This document shows, piece by piece, positions 35,219 to 48,332 of a stretch of 64,000 nucleotides of DNA (positions are counted from its first letter, which is position 1; each line of letters starts with the position of its first letter). The position numbers and the translations under genes were made by a program. The notes under the pieces are model-generated. The model ran no database searches and was not told the origin of the DNA. It worked only from the letters and a program-made list of their open reading frames with translations. Where the stretch lies: positions 15,128,001-15,192,000 of the forward strand of contig NC_043000.1 in assembly GCF_006345805.1 (NCBI RefSeq). The letters run 5' to 3'. Origin of the DNA: Octopus sinensis (taxonomy: Eukaryota).

Positions 35219-35879
35219 TATAATCATGAGCTGAATACCTTAACCACAAAGCCACATGCCTTCATGGCTATGGTAATAAGCACTTGCTCAATATGCCAGG
35301 CAGTGAGATCAAACCCAAGATCCATCTTCGTAACCACTCAAACATACCTGTACTCATGTTGACATGACTGGTTCTGCACTGTTGAACTCCTGTAGGAGAA
35401 ATTCCTAGAAAAACAGGTAAAGGTTGGTGACTGGAAGAGCTTTATCAATTTATATTTGTTTTCCAAGCAAGTATGGGTTGGGCAGTTTGACAGAATCTGG
35501 CAAGCTGCAGGGCTGCATTGAGCTTCAGTGTTAGCTTTGGCACAGTTTCTATGGTTTGAGGCCCTTCCTAACGCCAACCATTTTACATTGTGTACTGGGT
35601 GCGTTTTTGAATGCTGCTGGCACCAGTGAGTTTCCCAAGCAACTTGCAAGACATAAAGAGCAGAAAAGAAAAGAAAAAAAGGACTAAGTGGCGAGGTGGT
35701 TGTATGCCAGGTATTGAAAGGCCAAAATATGATAGCGGGACAAGTACAGGTGTCTTGTTACAGAGGTGATACATGGCTACGACACATTGTATAAGGGTGG
35801 GTCTCAACTGGAAAATTGTGCCTCAAATAACTCTCTGTCCAAACCTGGCAAAAGGTCATCTCATGTTGTTAAGAGAAAA

Positions 35880-36200
35880 TATGCAATTGGATGCATTAAA
35901 CAATCTTTTGTTTATCCTTCTGATACTCCTGAAGCAATGAAAGGCTTGTTTATGGAAATCTTACAAAAGTTTCAATTGCACAGAATTTGAACAATTTTTT
36001 GAAAAGAATATTTTGGGTTCAAAATACTTCTGCTTCTGGCCAAGCTCATGGGCATCCTCAAATCTCAACTCACTTCAAATATGTGCATCTATTGAAATCA
36101 TTTTCATTTCACCAAACACAACTTCATTACTTTACAGCCTAGATCAGGTAGTTATGGTTTTCGAGGTATATTATCTTAGAAGTCAGTTGATTACAGTGAG
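35880..36200 (+). mobile_element. pogo/Tigger DDE_1 transposase remnant
   Basis: Fragments ...AHGHPQ... and IFISPNTTSLLYSLDQVV match the PPNTTSLLQPLDQG motif. Confidence 0.55.
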
Positions 36201-39200
36201 ATATTAGTCAGTCAAAGAATTCTTGAAAAATTATATAATGCAAGTAATGAAATGAATAATATTAATGATTCTTGGGAAGAAGTTATACATGTTTCATTGG
36301 AGTGTTCAAATCTAAATAACTACGAATCAGTTTTAATGAAAAACAGTTGTGTGTAAATGGTGCAAACAGGATTTGAATAAGTTAATGCAGGCAACCACAT
36401 GGTTCTGGGTTCAGTCCCACTGCGTGGCACCTTGGGCATGTGTCTTCTACTATAGCCTCGGGCTGACCAAAGCCTTGTGAGTGGATTTGGTAGACGGAAA
36501 CTGAAAGAAGCCCGTCGTATATATGTATATATATATATGCGTGTGTGTGTTTGTGTTTGTCCCCCTAGCATTGCTTGACAACCGATGCTGGTGTGTTTAT
36601 GTCCCCGTTACTTAGCGGTTCGGCAAAAGAGACTGATAGAATAAGTACTGGGCTTACAAAAAAGAATAAGTTCCGGGGTCGAGTTGCTCGATTAAAGGCG
36701 GTGCTCCAGCATGGCCGCAGTCAAATGACTGAAACAAGTAAAAGAGTAATATTCAGGACTTATTGTTTGCTGACAAGAGAGATCTTTATGTTTGTACATG
36801 TTAAAGAGTTAACAGAACTGCGAGAGTGAAGACTCTTTTGTAACCAGTTTTAACAACAAAGATTTTATCTAAAAACTTCAATGAAATAACTTGTGTTTAA
36901 AGGGAAGAATTAGAGATTCTTTAATCTCTAATTTTTTTTTAATAAAATAAAAAGATTAACAAAACTGGTAATACCATATCTATATTGTATGTTTCATCAT
37001 CATCATTTACTGTCTGTTCTCTACACTGGCTTGTGTCGACAGTTTAACAGGAGCTGGCAAGCCAGAGGATTGCATCAGGCTCCAGTCATCTATTTTGGTA
37101 TGGTTTCTCTGGCTAGATGCCCTTCCTAACATCAACCACTTTACAGTGTACCAGGTGCTTTTTACATGAAAGACAGTGTGTATATGTTAATGATTAGGAG
37201 CACTATAAGCCTACTGTATTTCAAATAACTACATTAGTGGCATATTCTGATCTAATCGATGACTGATTTGTCACACAGTATCTTGCTGGACATTTTATTT
37301 AGATGGTACACATATTAGTATAGTTGGATAGTGCTCACACACCATATCTCTGAGCTGGAGTTAAATTAAAATAGAAGCTTTTATATACATCCCTTATACC
37401 AGATTTAGTTATTTTCCTTCACAAACTTTTTCATATTCACCTATAAACATGGAACAAACTGCTGGCATCAGTTGTTAGTTGTCGGAGCACTGCATCCTTC
37501 AAAATTTTCATGCTTTCTGAGATTTGCCAACACTACACCTGATTTTCTCCCCTCCATACACACGCAAGCATGTATCTGACTCATACACTGTTCGCTTTCC
37601 AGACATTATGCGCACTTTTGACAAGTTGTGGTGCATCTGAGCACTGTATACAATAATTTCATTATTATTATTTTTATTATTATTTGTGCGTATTGGCTTT
37701 AGTGATAAGGGCATTTGCAATACAGAGCTCAAGTCCAAAGTTTGTGGTTTTTCTATTACAATTCCTTGTAACCCAACTAAATATAAATGTCACTCTCACT
37801 TCAAGTTTGTTTGCTTAGTAACAGGAAAAATATTTAATTGTACAAATACATGCTCTAACAATAAACATATCTCCAGATAGAAACTTGATATATGTGACAA
37901 GTAATGCAATATCAAAGTTAGGGTTTAGAGCCTTTGACTGTGCTGTCTGTCAGTTTAACTACTTTGACACCAAGGTCAACTAGTTAACATTACTGAAATG
38001 GTGTCATCAGAGCCTCCTTACATCTAATGATAGAAATGAAAGGTAACTGTTGATTAGATGTTAAACAAAAATTAATTCATAGAATATGAGATAAAGTGTT
38101 TTTTAGGAATTCAATGAATTTACTTTTATGTATTGTAAGACAAGTGAAAATTATTACTGTCATCTTCTGGTCACATTCACCATTGTATTGCTCATGAACC
38201 GTATCATATAAAGTAGTGATATTGCTTTTCTAAGTTGTACTTACACATAGTGATCACCGTGACTATCAGATGTTGCTACACATCGCTGATCACGATGCAC
38301 TTCGCATTGTTTTAGCCTTCAAATGATGCCACCCCGCTGGCTAAGCAAGCAGGCCAACAGAAGAAAGAGTGAGAGAAAGTTGTGGTGAAAGAATACAGCA
38401 GGGATCACCACTAGCCCCTACTGGAGCCTTGTGGAGCTTTAGTTGTTTTCGCTCAATAAACACTCACAACGCCCAGTCTGGGTATCAAAACCGCAATCCT
38501 ACGACTGCGAGTCCGCTGCCCTAACCACTGGGCCATTGCGCCTCCACACTTACACATAGTACCCATATGTAAGACCGTTGATACAGAATGACTAAGCTGA
38601 CATGTATCAATAGTTTTTTTGTCACAAATCTTGAGTCAGTTAGTTGTAGTAGCTTGCCTGGTGTTGTAAGGCCCTAGGTTGTGCTCCTATGAAATGATTA
38701 TTTGTGGCACAAGCTTTGGAGATAAATCATTAAGCTAACCACTTTTGGTATAAATGCAATGTTGTTACCAGTTGGAACTCATAAACAAGCCATTCACTGT
38801 GTTTTGTCACAGAGAAAATTTCTCATTGTAGACAAATATTGATTTTTCCTCCATCACAAAATACAGCGAATCATCATCATCATCATTGTTTAACATCGGT
38901 TTTCCATGCTAGCATGGGTTGGACGGTTCGACCAGGGTCTGGGAAGCCAGGAGGGTGCACCAGGCTCCAGTCTGATCTGGCAGTGTTTCTACAGCTGGAT
39001 GCCCTTCCTAAAGCCAACCACTCCATGAGTGCAGTGGGTGCTTTTTATGTGCCACCGGCACAGGGGCCAGAGGAGGCTGGCAACGGCCATGAACGGTTGG
39101 TGCTTTTTCACGTGCCCCCGGCACGGATGCCAAACACATCATCAACATTTAACATCTGTTTTCCACGCTGGCATGGGTTGGATGGTTTGACAGAAATTGG

Positions 39201-39535
39201 CCAGGCCAGGCCAGGAGCTGCACCAGGTTCCACAGCCTGTTTTGGCTCAGTTTCTACGGTTGGATGCCCTCCTTAACACCAATCACTTTACAGAGTGTAC
39301 TGGGTGCTTTTTACATGGCACCACCACCAGTGCTTTTTATGTGCTTTCCACATGGCACCTTGGTTTTAGAATCTCAGTTCTACTGTGGTGGGCAAATTAA
39401 AAAAAGAAACAAATAAAGAAAAGATGCAGTATCAAATGAAATTTGATTTTTCTCATTGATATTTTATAACGATGTGTTGTAAGACACCAGATTGTTACCA
39501 ACACCAGAAGGGAGAGAAAAATCAACACTCATTCT

Positions 39536-41947
39536 ATCATCATCATCATCATCATCATCATCATTTAGCGTCCGTTTCCATGCTAGCATGGGTTGGACGG
39601 TTCAACTGGGGTCTGGGAGCCGAAGGCTGCACCAGGCCAGTCAGATCTGGCAGTGTTTCTACAGCTGGATGCCCTTCCTAACGCCAACCACTCCGAGAGT
39701 GTAGTGGTGATTTTATGTGCCACCGACACAGGTGCCAGACGAGGCTGGCGAACGGCCACGCTCGGATGGTGTTTTTATGTGCCACCGACACAGGTGCCAG
39801 ACGAGGCTGGCAGACGGCCACGCTCGGATGGTGTTTTTATGTGCCACCGACACAGTGTCCAGATGAGGCTGGCAGGTGCCAGACGAGGCTGGCAGACGGC
39901 CACGCTCGGATGGTGTTTTTTTGTGCCACCGACACAGGTGCCAGATGAGGCTGGCGGACGGCCACGATCGGATGGTGTTTGTTACGTCCCCAAAGCACGG
40001 AGGCCAGTCTATGCGGTACTGGCTACGGCCACGTTCGGATGATTTTTTCTTGTGTGCCACCGGCACTGGTACCACAAAGATACAAATTCCATTTATGCTC
40101 ATCTATTTTGATTTGTTTTGATTTGATTTGATTTTCACTTGCCTCAACAGGTCTTCACAAGTGTCACAAGAAGGAAGGTATGCACAGGTGGACTGTCTAC
40201 GTCGCCGGTCTTCGGATGGTGTCTTTATGTGCCACCGACACAGGTGCCAGATGTGGCTGGCGAACGGCCACGATCGGATGGTTTCTTGTGTGCCACCGGT
40301 ACTGGAACCACAAAGATACAAATTCCATTGATGTTCATCTATTTTGATTTGGTTTGATTTTCACTTGCCTCAACAGGTCTTCACAAGTGTCACGCGTGTC
40401 ACACACTTGCCTCAACAGGTCTCCACAAGTGTCACACACTTGCCTCTGCCTCAACAGGTCTTCACAAAGTGTCACACACTTGCCTCTGCCTCAACAGGTC
40501 TTCACAAGTGTCATAAGAGGGAAGGTATGCACAGGTGGACTGACTACGTCGCCGGGTTTGGATGGTGTTTTTATGTGCCACCGACACAGGTGCCAGGTGA
40601 GGCTGGCGAACGGCCACGATCAGATGGTGTTTGTTGTGCCCACAGCACGGAGGCCAGTCGATGCGGTACCAGCTACGGCCACTTCGGATGGTTTTCTTGT
40701 GTGCCACCGGTACTGGAACCACAAAGATACAAATTCCATTGATATTCATCTATTTTGATTTGGTTTGATTTTCACTTGCCTCAACAGGTCTTCACAAGTG
40801 TCACACACTTGCCTCAACAGGTCTTCACAAGTGTCATAAGAGGGAAGGTATGCACAGGTGGACTGACTACGTCGCCGGGTCTTCGGATGGTGTCTTTATG
40901 TGCCACCGGCACAGGTGCCAGATGAGGCTGGCGAACGGCCACGATCGGATGGTGTTTGTTGTGCCCACAGCACGGAGGCCAGTCGATGCGGTACTGGTTA
41001 CGGCCACGTTTGGGTGTTTTCTTGTGTGCCACCGGCACTGGTACCACAAAGAATACAATTCCACTGATGTTCATCTATTTTGATTTGTTTTGATTTGATT
41101 TGATTTTCACTTGCCTCAACAGGTCTTCATAAGTGTCACAAGAAGGAAGGTATGCACAGGACTGACTACGTCCCAGGTCGGGGCCACGGGTTATGGCCTG
41201 ACTAGTCTTGCCGGGTCTTCTCATGCACAGCATACTTCCATTGGTCTCGGTCTCTAGACATTTCCTTAGTGAGACCTAAAGTTCGAAGGTCGTGCTTCAC
41301 CACCTCGTCCCAGGTTTTCCTGGGTCTACCTCTTCCACAGGTTCCCTCCACTGCTAGGGTGTAGCACTTTTGCCACAACTATCTTCAGCCTTTCTTGTCA
41401 CATGACCATACCAGCGCAGCCGTCTCTCTTGCACGCCACAACTGACGCTTCTTAGGTTCAGCTTTTCTCTCAAGGAACTTACACTCTGACGATTATGAAC
41501 ACTGACATTACACATCCATCGGAGCATACTGGCTTCATTTCTTGCGAGCTTACGCATATCCTCAGCAGTCACGGCCCATGTTTCACTACCATGTAGCATG
41601 GCTGTACGTACACATGCATCATACAGTCTGCCTTTTACTCTGAGCGAGAGCCTTTTGTCACCAGCAGGGGTAAGAGCTCTCTAAACTTTGCCCAGGCTAT
41701 TCTTACTCTAGCAGTTACACTTTCAGCACACCCCCCCCGCTACTGACTTGGTCTCCTAGGTAGCGGAAGCTATCAACTACTTCTAGTTTGTCTCCCTGGA
41801 ACGTGGCAGAAGTTGGTCTCTGCATATTTCCAGTGTTTATTGCTCCTGAGCATTTGCCACAGACAAAAACTATTTTCCTAGTTAGCCTTCCTTTGACATT
41901 GCTGCACCTCTTATGTGTCCATAGCTTACACTTGGTGCATCTTATAA
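39536..41947 (-). mobile_element. 5'-truncated RTE-clade LINE with an expanded, internally repeated 3'UTR and (GAT)n tail
   Basis: Minus-strand CTKCKLWTHKRC...CGKC, EVVDSFRYLG, MLHGSETW, RRLRWYGHV, GRGRPRKTW; stop at 41201-41203; tail ...ctaaatgatgatgat. Confidence 0.9.
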
Positions 41948-42469
41948 GCCTGTAAAAAATTAAAATGACATGTATATTAAATATACACACACAGCCATGA
42001 AACTCTGAAGCAAAAACAACACCTCCTTGCTACTGTCACTATTTAATGTCTCAACATCAATATATGAAATTTATTTTGGTGACAGTTTAAAAGTTGTTCA
42101 GTATTAAAACATATTTTTTTTTTAGTAGTTTGAAAACAACCAAAATTGTAATTCAATGTTGAAAGATGATTCGCTTCACTCAGTGAAATTCTTGTAGTTG
42201 TCATTTTTAATATATTCAGTACTTGATTTGGATTCTCACAGGGAATTACAAATCGGGCACTTTTTATATTTCCTGGCACGCAATCACTTAAAGATGTATA
42301 AATTTATTTTTTTTTGTTGTTGAAAATTCTATAGGAATAATGAAATGATAGCAACAGGGATGGGGGCTATTTCTTGGAATCAACATGGATAACACTTTGA
42401 TTAACGTTCTTTGACTTGATAAAATATATATTATAAATGATACAAACAGGGAAAAAAAAATTATAAATT

Positions 42470-44502
42470 ACAAAAAAAAAAAAAATGTAGTTTATTCAGC
42501 GTCAGAACAAACTAGACAGCAGTTCCTTTGATGGAAATCAAACAATACCAAGGGATGTTTTGTCAGAAAATTTTTTTTGCGACATTAAAAATGGTATTTG
42601 TAACAACAATAACAACTGTTGATATTGTGATGCAAAACTGAGATTTCAGCTACTATAGAAATAGCTTTATATCTGAGAATTTATAAAAAAATCAGAAAGT
42701 ACACAAAATTTAAATAAGAAGTACACAAAAATATAAAATAAATTACACTCATTGATTATATGGAAAATCCATCACAGACTGGGATTGAAACTTCATTATT
42801 TGTGAAACAAACTTCTAACTCTAGTCCTTTAAAAATGATCTCCTATGGACATTTCCAATTAGTTGCAGTTAAATAGCTTTAAAAGAAAGAAAAATATATT
42901 CACTGAATGGAATAACTTGGCATAAAATATCTGTTTTTATTTGCATGATAGATATTTTTCTAAAACTGTATCAGTGTTATTTAAAGAAAAATTTCCTTAA
43001 GACCACGGAAATAAATCGCTATATAATTAGTTACCTTCTTAATAACTCAGAACAGCCACCCCAATCAACAACTGGGACATCGAGCCAATGAGGGAACCTT
43101 TACATGATCACTCTACCTGCTAGAAATAGCAGCCAAATTCCATCAAAGAACAATACCCTAGCATTTTAAATGTGGAAAGAACATACTGGACAATGTAGTC
43201 CTATACACCTCTAAAAAGATGGGGCTGATTATGGGTGGAACATCTCTGATCATAGGTCTGGGCTGATTGGGGGCTAAACGACAATGATTGAGACAGTGGC
43301 AAAACAGTTATATATGTTATTCAACAGAGAAACCATTCAAAGTATTTGAAGGCTTGAATTTAGCAACGAGAAACAAAATTTAGAATGAAAAAAATTAATA
43401 AAATTTCAAATTGAATCCAAATTAAACTGGCTGTGAAATTTGCTTTGAAGAGAAATTCTATTTTATGCAACTAAGCTAAAGCAAAATGCATTCTCAACAT
43501 TGCAGTTTGATTTTTACCAAAGTTGTTTGAAACAAAGAGCACAAAAAAGGATCAGCAAAGACCATGAATTCAACACCACAAGAAATCTGATGCGTTTATT
43601 TTATTGAATTATTTTCAATTAAAAGAAAATAAGAATTCAATAGATTAGAAAAAGAATGTAAAATGTACTCCCCTCCACTCCACCTTGCTCCAAAAAGTTT
43701 CTCATTTTCACAGCTGTCAAAAATTGTGATGAATGCAGCCTTATCAAACATATCCTGGTTTATGTACATATGAACCATAGCCTAATTTTAGTACACAGCT
43801 AAGGAGAGGTAGGTCTACACCGTTAGAAAGATACACTGAAAATATAACCCAACTGTTAGCTAGAAGTGTGGAGTCCTAATGCTGAGGAAGCCGTGCCATG
43901 TTACTGACGAAGTATGAAATGACGGAGACAAAATACGTTTCTGAGTATTAGCAAATGAATTTTTTTTCTTCTTTAAATAAAAACATATATATGTGAGTTC
44001 TGCCCCAAAGGAGAAGACAATCTAACCAACAGGAACACCTTAAAGTAAGCTGAGTGCAGCTTCTGAAAGAACAACACCGTTTGCATCTCCTACTGGGTTA
44101 GCTAGTTTTCGTATCTTCAGTTCACATCAGATAGAGCCATATTAAACGGGGAGAAATCCAGTGTGATTAGAGCCACAGAAAACTGGGACAAATCAGTTGG
44201 TTTAAGGAAACAGAAAACTGTTTCTTATATACTTATGTTATTTTGTTTTATATCGAATATATTACCATTGATGTTAATAACAAATAACTGACAGCACCTG
44301 TAACTCTTAAGCACCTGCAACCCTTAAGCACAGCTTGGTGAACTGTAATGACAAGATTTTCATGTACTGAGCCATGATAAATTGGATCAACCTGCCAGGA
44401 GTTCTGTTCATGAAGTAGTAATAGCTATGTGGAAATACAAAATATTTTCATGCTGTCAAAGAAAAATAAAGGCCAGAGCCCGTCAAGAATAATTTATTCC
44501 TT
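42470..44502 (-). other. NAA30: Probable NAA30 3'UTR (end approximate)
   Basis: Largely repeat-poor AT-rich stretch after the stop; minus-strand AATAAA at about 42491-42496 followed by a U-rich tract. Confidence 0.4.
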
Positions 44503-44640
44503 TCATTTCAACCAGAGTTTTAACCGTAAAGCATCCACTCCATTCAAATAATATCGAAAAAGCCGTTTATCTCTTACAAATCCGAGATTTTCATATAGTT
44601 TAAGAGCAGCTTTGTTTGTGATTTCAGTCTCTAATACCAC
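44503..44640 (-). CDS. NAA30: NAA30 last coding exon
   Basis: tcttttctag|[45 protein letters not shown]; near-identical to the C-terminus I recall for human NAA30. Confidence 0.97.
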   Translation of the reverse strand: MVLETEITNKAALKLYENLGFVRDKRLFRYYLNGVDALRLKLWLK

Positions 44641-44934
44641 CTAGAAAAGACACAAAAAAAAAAAACAAAGGAAAAAATTTATATTTTGGTTTAAAATAAA
44701 AACAAAATGTCAAAGCATTTACATTTGATGCTCAACTATTAAATCTGTCAATATCTAACAATAACAATTGCATACATACACAGATTCTCCCAGGGAATTA
44801 AAGGACAAAACCCCCAACAAAAAACAAAAAAAAAAAAAACAACCTACAAAACATTCATTTTATGTTAGCAATGAACATATTTTGCAAACAATGGTCCAAC
44901 CAGAAATATTTTAATATTCATATTAATAATAATT

Positions 44935-45845
44935 ACATGATGCCTGTGTGCAAACAGCCATGCTACCCAGCAGTGAAACATGGGTTGTGACTGCCAAGGA
45001 CATGCGTAGGCTTGTAAGAAATGAAGCTAGTATGCTTTGCTGGATGTGTAGTGTCAGTGTGTACGCATGACAGAATGTAAACATCTTGAGAGAAAAGTTG
45101 AGCATAAGAGGCATTAGATGTGATGTGCAAGAGAACCGACTGCACTGATATGGTCCTGTGATGCATATGAATGAGGACAGCTGTGTGAAGAAGTGCCGCA
45201 CTCTAATGGTGGAGGGAACATGTTGGAAGAGATAGATCCAGGAAGACATGGGACAAAGTGGTGCAGCATGATATTCAAATGTTGGGCCTCATGGAGGCAA
45301 TGAGAGTGACTGAGACCTTTGGCAGTATGTTATTTTTGAGAAGACCCATCAAGCCAAATGAGATTGTAATTGTGGCTGATGCCAATGTTATGTGACTGGC
45401 TTGTAAAAAGAATCTTTCGAACATTGGGTGATATGCAGTGCTTGAGAAGACCTGTCAGGCCAAGTGAATTCTAGTCATGGCTGGTGACATATAAAAAGCA
45501 CCATTCAAATGTTGGGCCCCACAAATGCAGTGACAGGTGGCCAAGACCTTTGACAATATATTGGCACAACTGGCACATGGAAGAAAAAAAAAAAACGTTC
45601 GCGCGAGGTCGTTACTTGTGCCACTGGACTGACTCCTGTGCAGGGAGCACATAGAGAACACCATTTGAGCATGGCCATTGCCATTACCACTTGACTGGCC
45701 CTCGTGCCGGTGGCACGTAAAAGCACCCACTACACTCTCAGAGTGGTTGGCGTTAGGAAGGGCATCCAGCTGTCGAAACTCCTCAGTCAAATCGTCTAAC
45801 CCATGCTAGCATGGAGAGCGGACGTTAAACAATGATGATGATTGT
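44935..45845 (+). mobile_element. Older RTE LINE fragment (C-terminus plus 3'UTR) in the last NAA30 intron
   Basis: ACVQTAMLPSSETW...RNEASML; ends aacaatgatgatgat. Confidence 0.8.
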
Positions 45846-46450
45846 GCTTGAGAAGACCTGTCAAACCAAGTGAGATCATAGTCATGGTCGATGCCAGTGT
45901 CATGTAACGGGCATGTAAAAAGCACCCACTACACTCTTAGAGTGGTTGACATTGGGAAGGGCATCCAGCTGTGAAAACCATGCCAAATCAGATTGGAACC
46001 TAGTGCAGCTCCCCGGCTTATCAGTTCTCAGTCAAACCATTAAACCCATGGTAGCATGGAAAACAGACGTATGATGATGATGATGAATATTGGTTTCAAA
46101 TTTTAGCACAAAGCCAGCAATTTAGAGGGGGAAAAAGGTAAATCTATTATATTAAACCCAGTATTCAGTTGATACTTATTTTATCAACCCTGAAAGGATA
46201 AAAGGCAGAATTTGAACTCAGAACACAAAGATGCGTGAAATGTTACAAAGCATTTTGCCCAGCATCTTAACAATTCTGCCAGCTCGTCACCTTATCAATA
46301 ATAATAATAATGATGATATTACTCTTTTACTTGTTTCAGTCATGTGACTGTGGCCATGCTGGAGCACCGCCTTTGGTCAAGTAAATCGACCCCAGAACTT
46401 ATTCGTTGTAAGCCTAGTACTTATTCTATCAGTCTCTTTTACCGAAATAT

Positions 46451-46489
<39 letters not shown>

Positions 46490-48060
46490 TACGACAAGCT
46501 TCTTTCAGTTTCTGCCTACCAAATCCACTCACAAGGCTTTTGGTCGGTCCAAGGCTATAGTAGAAGACACTTGCTCAAGGTGCCACGCAGTGGGACTGAA
46601 CCTGGAACCATGTGGCTTGTAAGCAAGCTACTTACCACACAGCCACTCCTATAAACTAATTTGACAGACAACCAGTCAAAGTGGCTGGTGAGGTTAACTG
46701 GTTGAACAATTGTTGGCAAAATACATTCAATGCTAACATGAAACCAAAGGTCCTTGCTTCTTTCAGGTCATTATTATTAATGCACACACTGACTCATACA
46801 TACAACATACTTAGACACAGTTTCTATAAACCAAATTGAATTCTCAGGCTTTAGTCAAGCTTTTATGTTGTACATAGTTTAATAAAAGTCACAATAAAAA
46901 AAAGGCATGATGCAAGATTGAAGATGTAATTCACTTCTAGCAGGATTAGAGGAACATAATTTAATACAATGACAGTAAAAGAGACAGACATATGTGTATA
47001 AAACAATAATGAACAAAGATGTTAAAATAAGTCAATGACTTGAGTGCTGTTGTTGTTTGACCTGCTTGAAATAATAGCCAATGCTCCCCATGCGTTTGAA
47101 CAAAAAAAGACATATTTGATATGGTAGTTTCAGATACAATATATATAAATATAAGACAGGGTGATCAAGACTGGAATGCCCTTGATCAAAGGTCTACTCA
47201 ATCAGAGGTTATCTAGAGTTAAATATCATCATCATCATTGTTTAACATTCTTTTCCAAGCTTTCATTGATCAGATGGAATTTAATGACTTAGATTTTCCA
47301 TAGCAAGATGCCCTTCCCTGTTTCCAAATAAGGCAATATTTTCCATACCTGACATGTTTTTCACAGAATACTAGGAACAAATAACATTGCTTGTATGACA
47401 GTGATGCTTGCTTATAAAACAACACATGCCAAGACAAAACTACACACACACACATATGCATGTGTGTATGTAAGAGGCTTCTTTCAGTTTCTGCCTACCA
47501 AATCCACCCACAAGGCTTTGGGTAGCTGGGCTATGGTAAAAGACACTTGTCCAAGGTGCTGCATAGCAAGACTGAACCTAAGAACAGATGGTTGGGAAGC
47601 AAGCTTATTGACTCACAGCCATGTCTGTTACATTTATGTGCGCATATGTGTGTGTGTGTGTGTGTGTATATGTTTATATATTGGTATATATCGTGTTCTG
47701 TATGTATGTGTATGTATATGTATGTGTGAGCGGGTATATGTATATTGTTTACGAATGAGTGTTGTATGTGTGTGTGAGGAAGTATGAATAAGTAATGTGT
47801 TGAGTGTATGGGCATGTGTGTGTATATATAGTTTATTTTTTGTTTTTTGTTTTTTGCTTGTGGTTTTTTGGTTTTTGTACATCTTTAAATATGAGAATTT
47901 TAATAATAGGTTTTTTTATATTCAATTGTTTATAGGGTTTATTTTAGATTATATATATTGATTATATATAGATTATATATTTTTATTTTTATATTCTTCC
48001 ATTGATAATTTTATTATTTTAAATTATATTTTAAAATATTGATATTTTTAGATCGAAAAT

Positions 48061-48104
48061 CCACCTGAAGAATGTCGGTAGCAGACATGAAACAATTGTA
48101 GTGG
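48061..48104 (+). ncRNA. Minimal type-I hammerhead ribozyme
   Basis: Stem I CCAC/GTGG; core CTGAAGA; stem II ATGTC-GGTAGCA-GACAT; GAAA; palindromic stem III ACAATTGT; GUA cleavage triplet (cut after 48100). Confidence 0.85.
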
Positions 48105-48273
48105 CGGTTTATTTAATTTATATTAAAATTTTATGTATTGATTAAGTCTTTCCTTGTTTGATTTTAAAATAGTGGTTTTGTCTCGAATTATATTATATAA
48201 TATTTTACTATAAAATTGGATTTAACCCTAAATCTGATTTTTCCCTGTAAATTTGGATTCATTCCCTAATATT

Positions 48274-48332
<59 letters not shown>

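Noticed and set aside
39700-41170. Regularly spaced repeats resembling a CRISPR array
   Set aside because: There are no unique spacers and no cas genes, the context is eukaryotic, and the repeats belong to an RTE 3'UTR.
41290-41345. Idea that the AT-hook gene's exons derive from the RTE GRGRPRK segment
   Set aside because: No nucleotide similarity beyond the GRPR codons; convergence on a short motif is more parsimonious.
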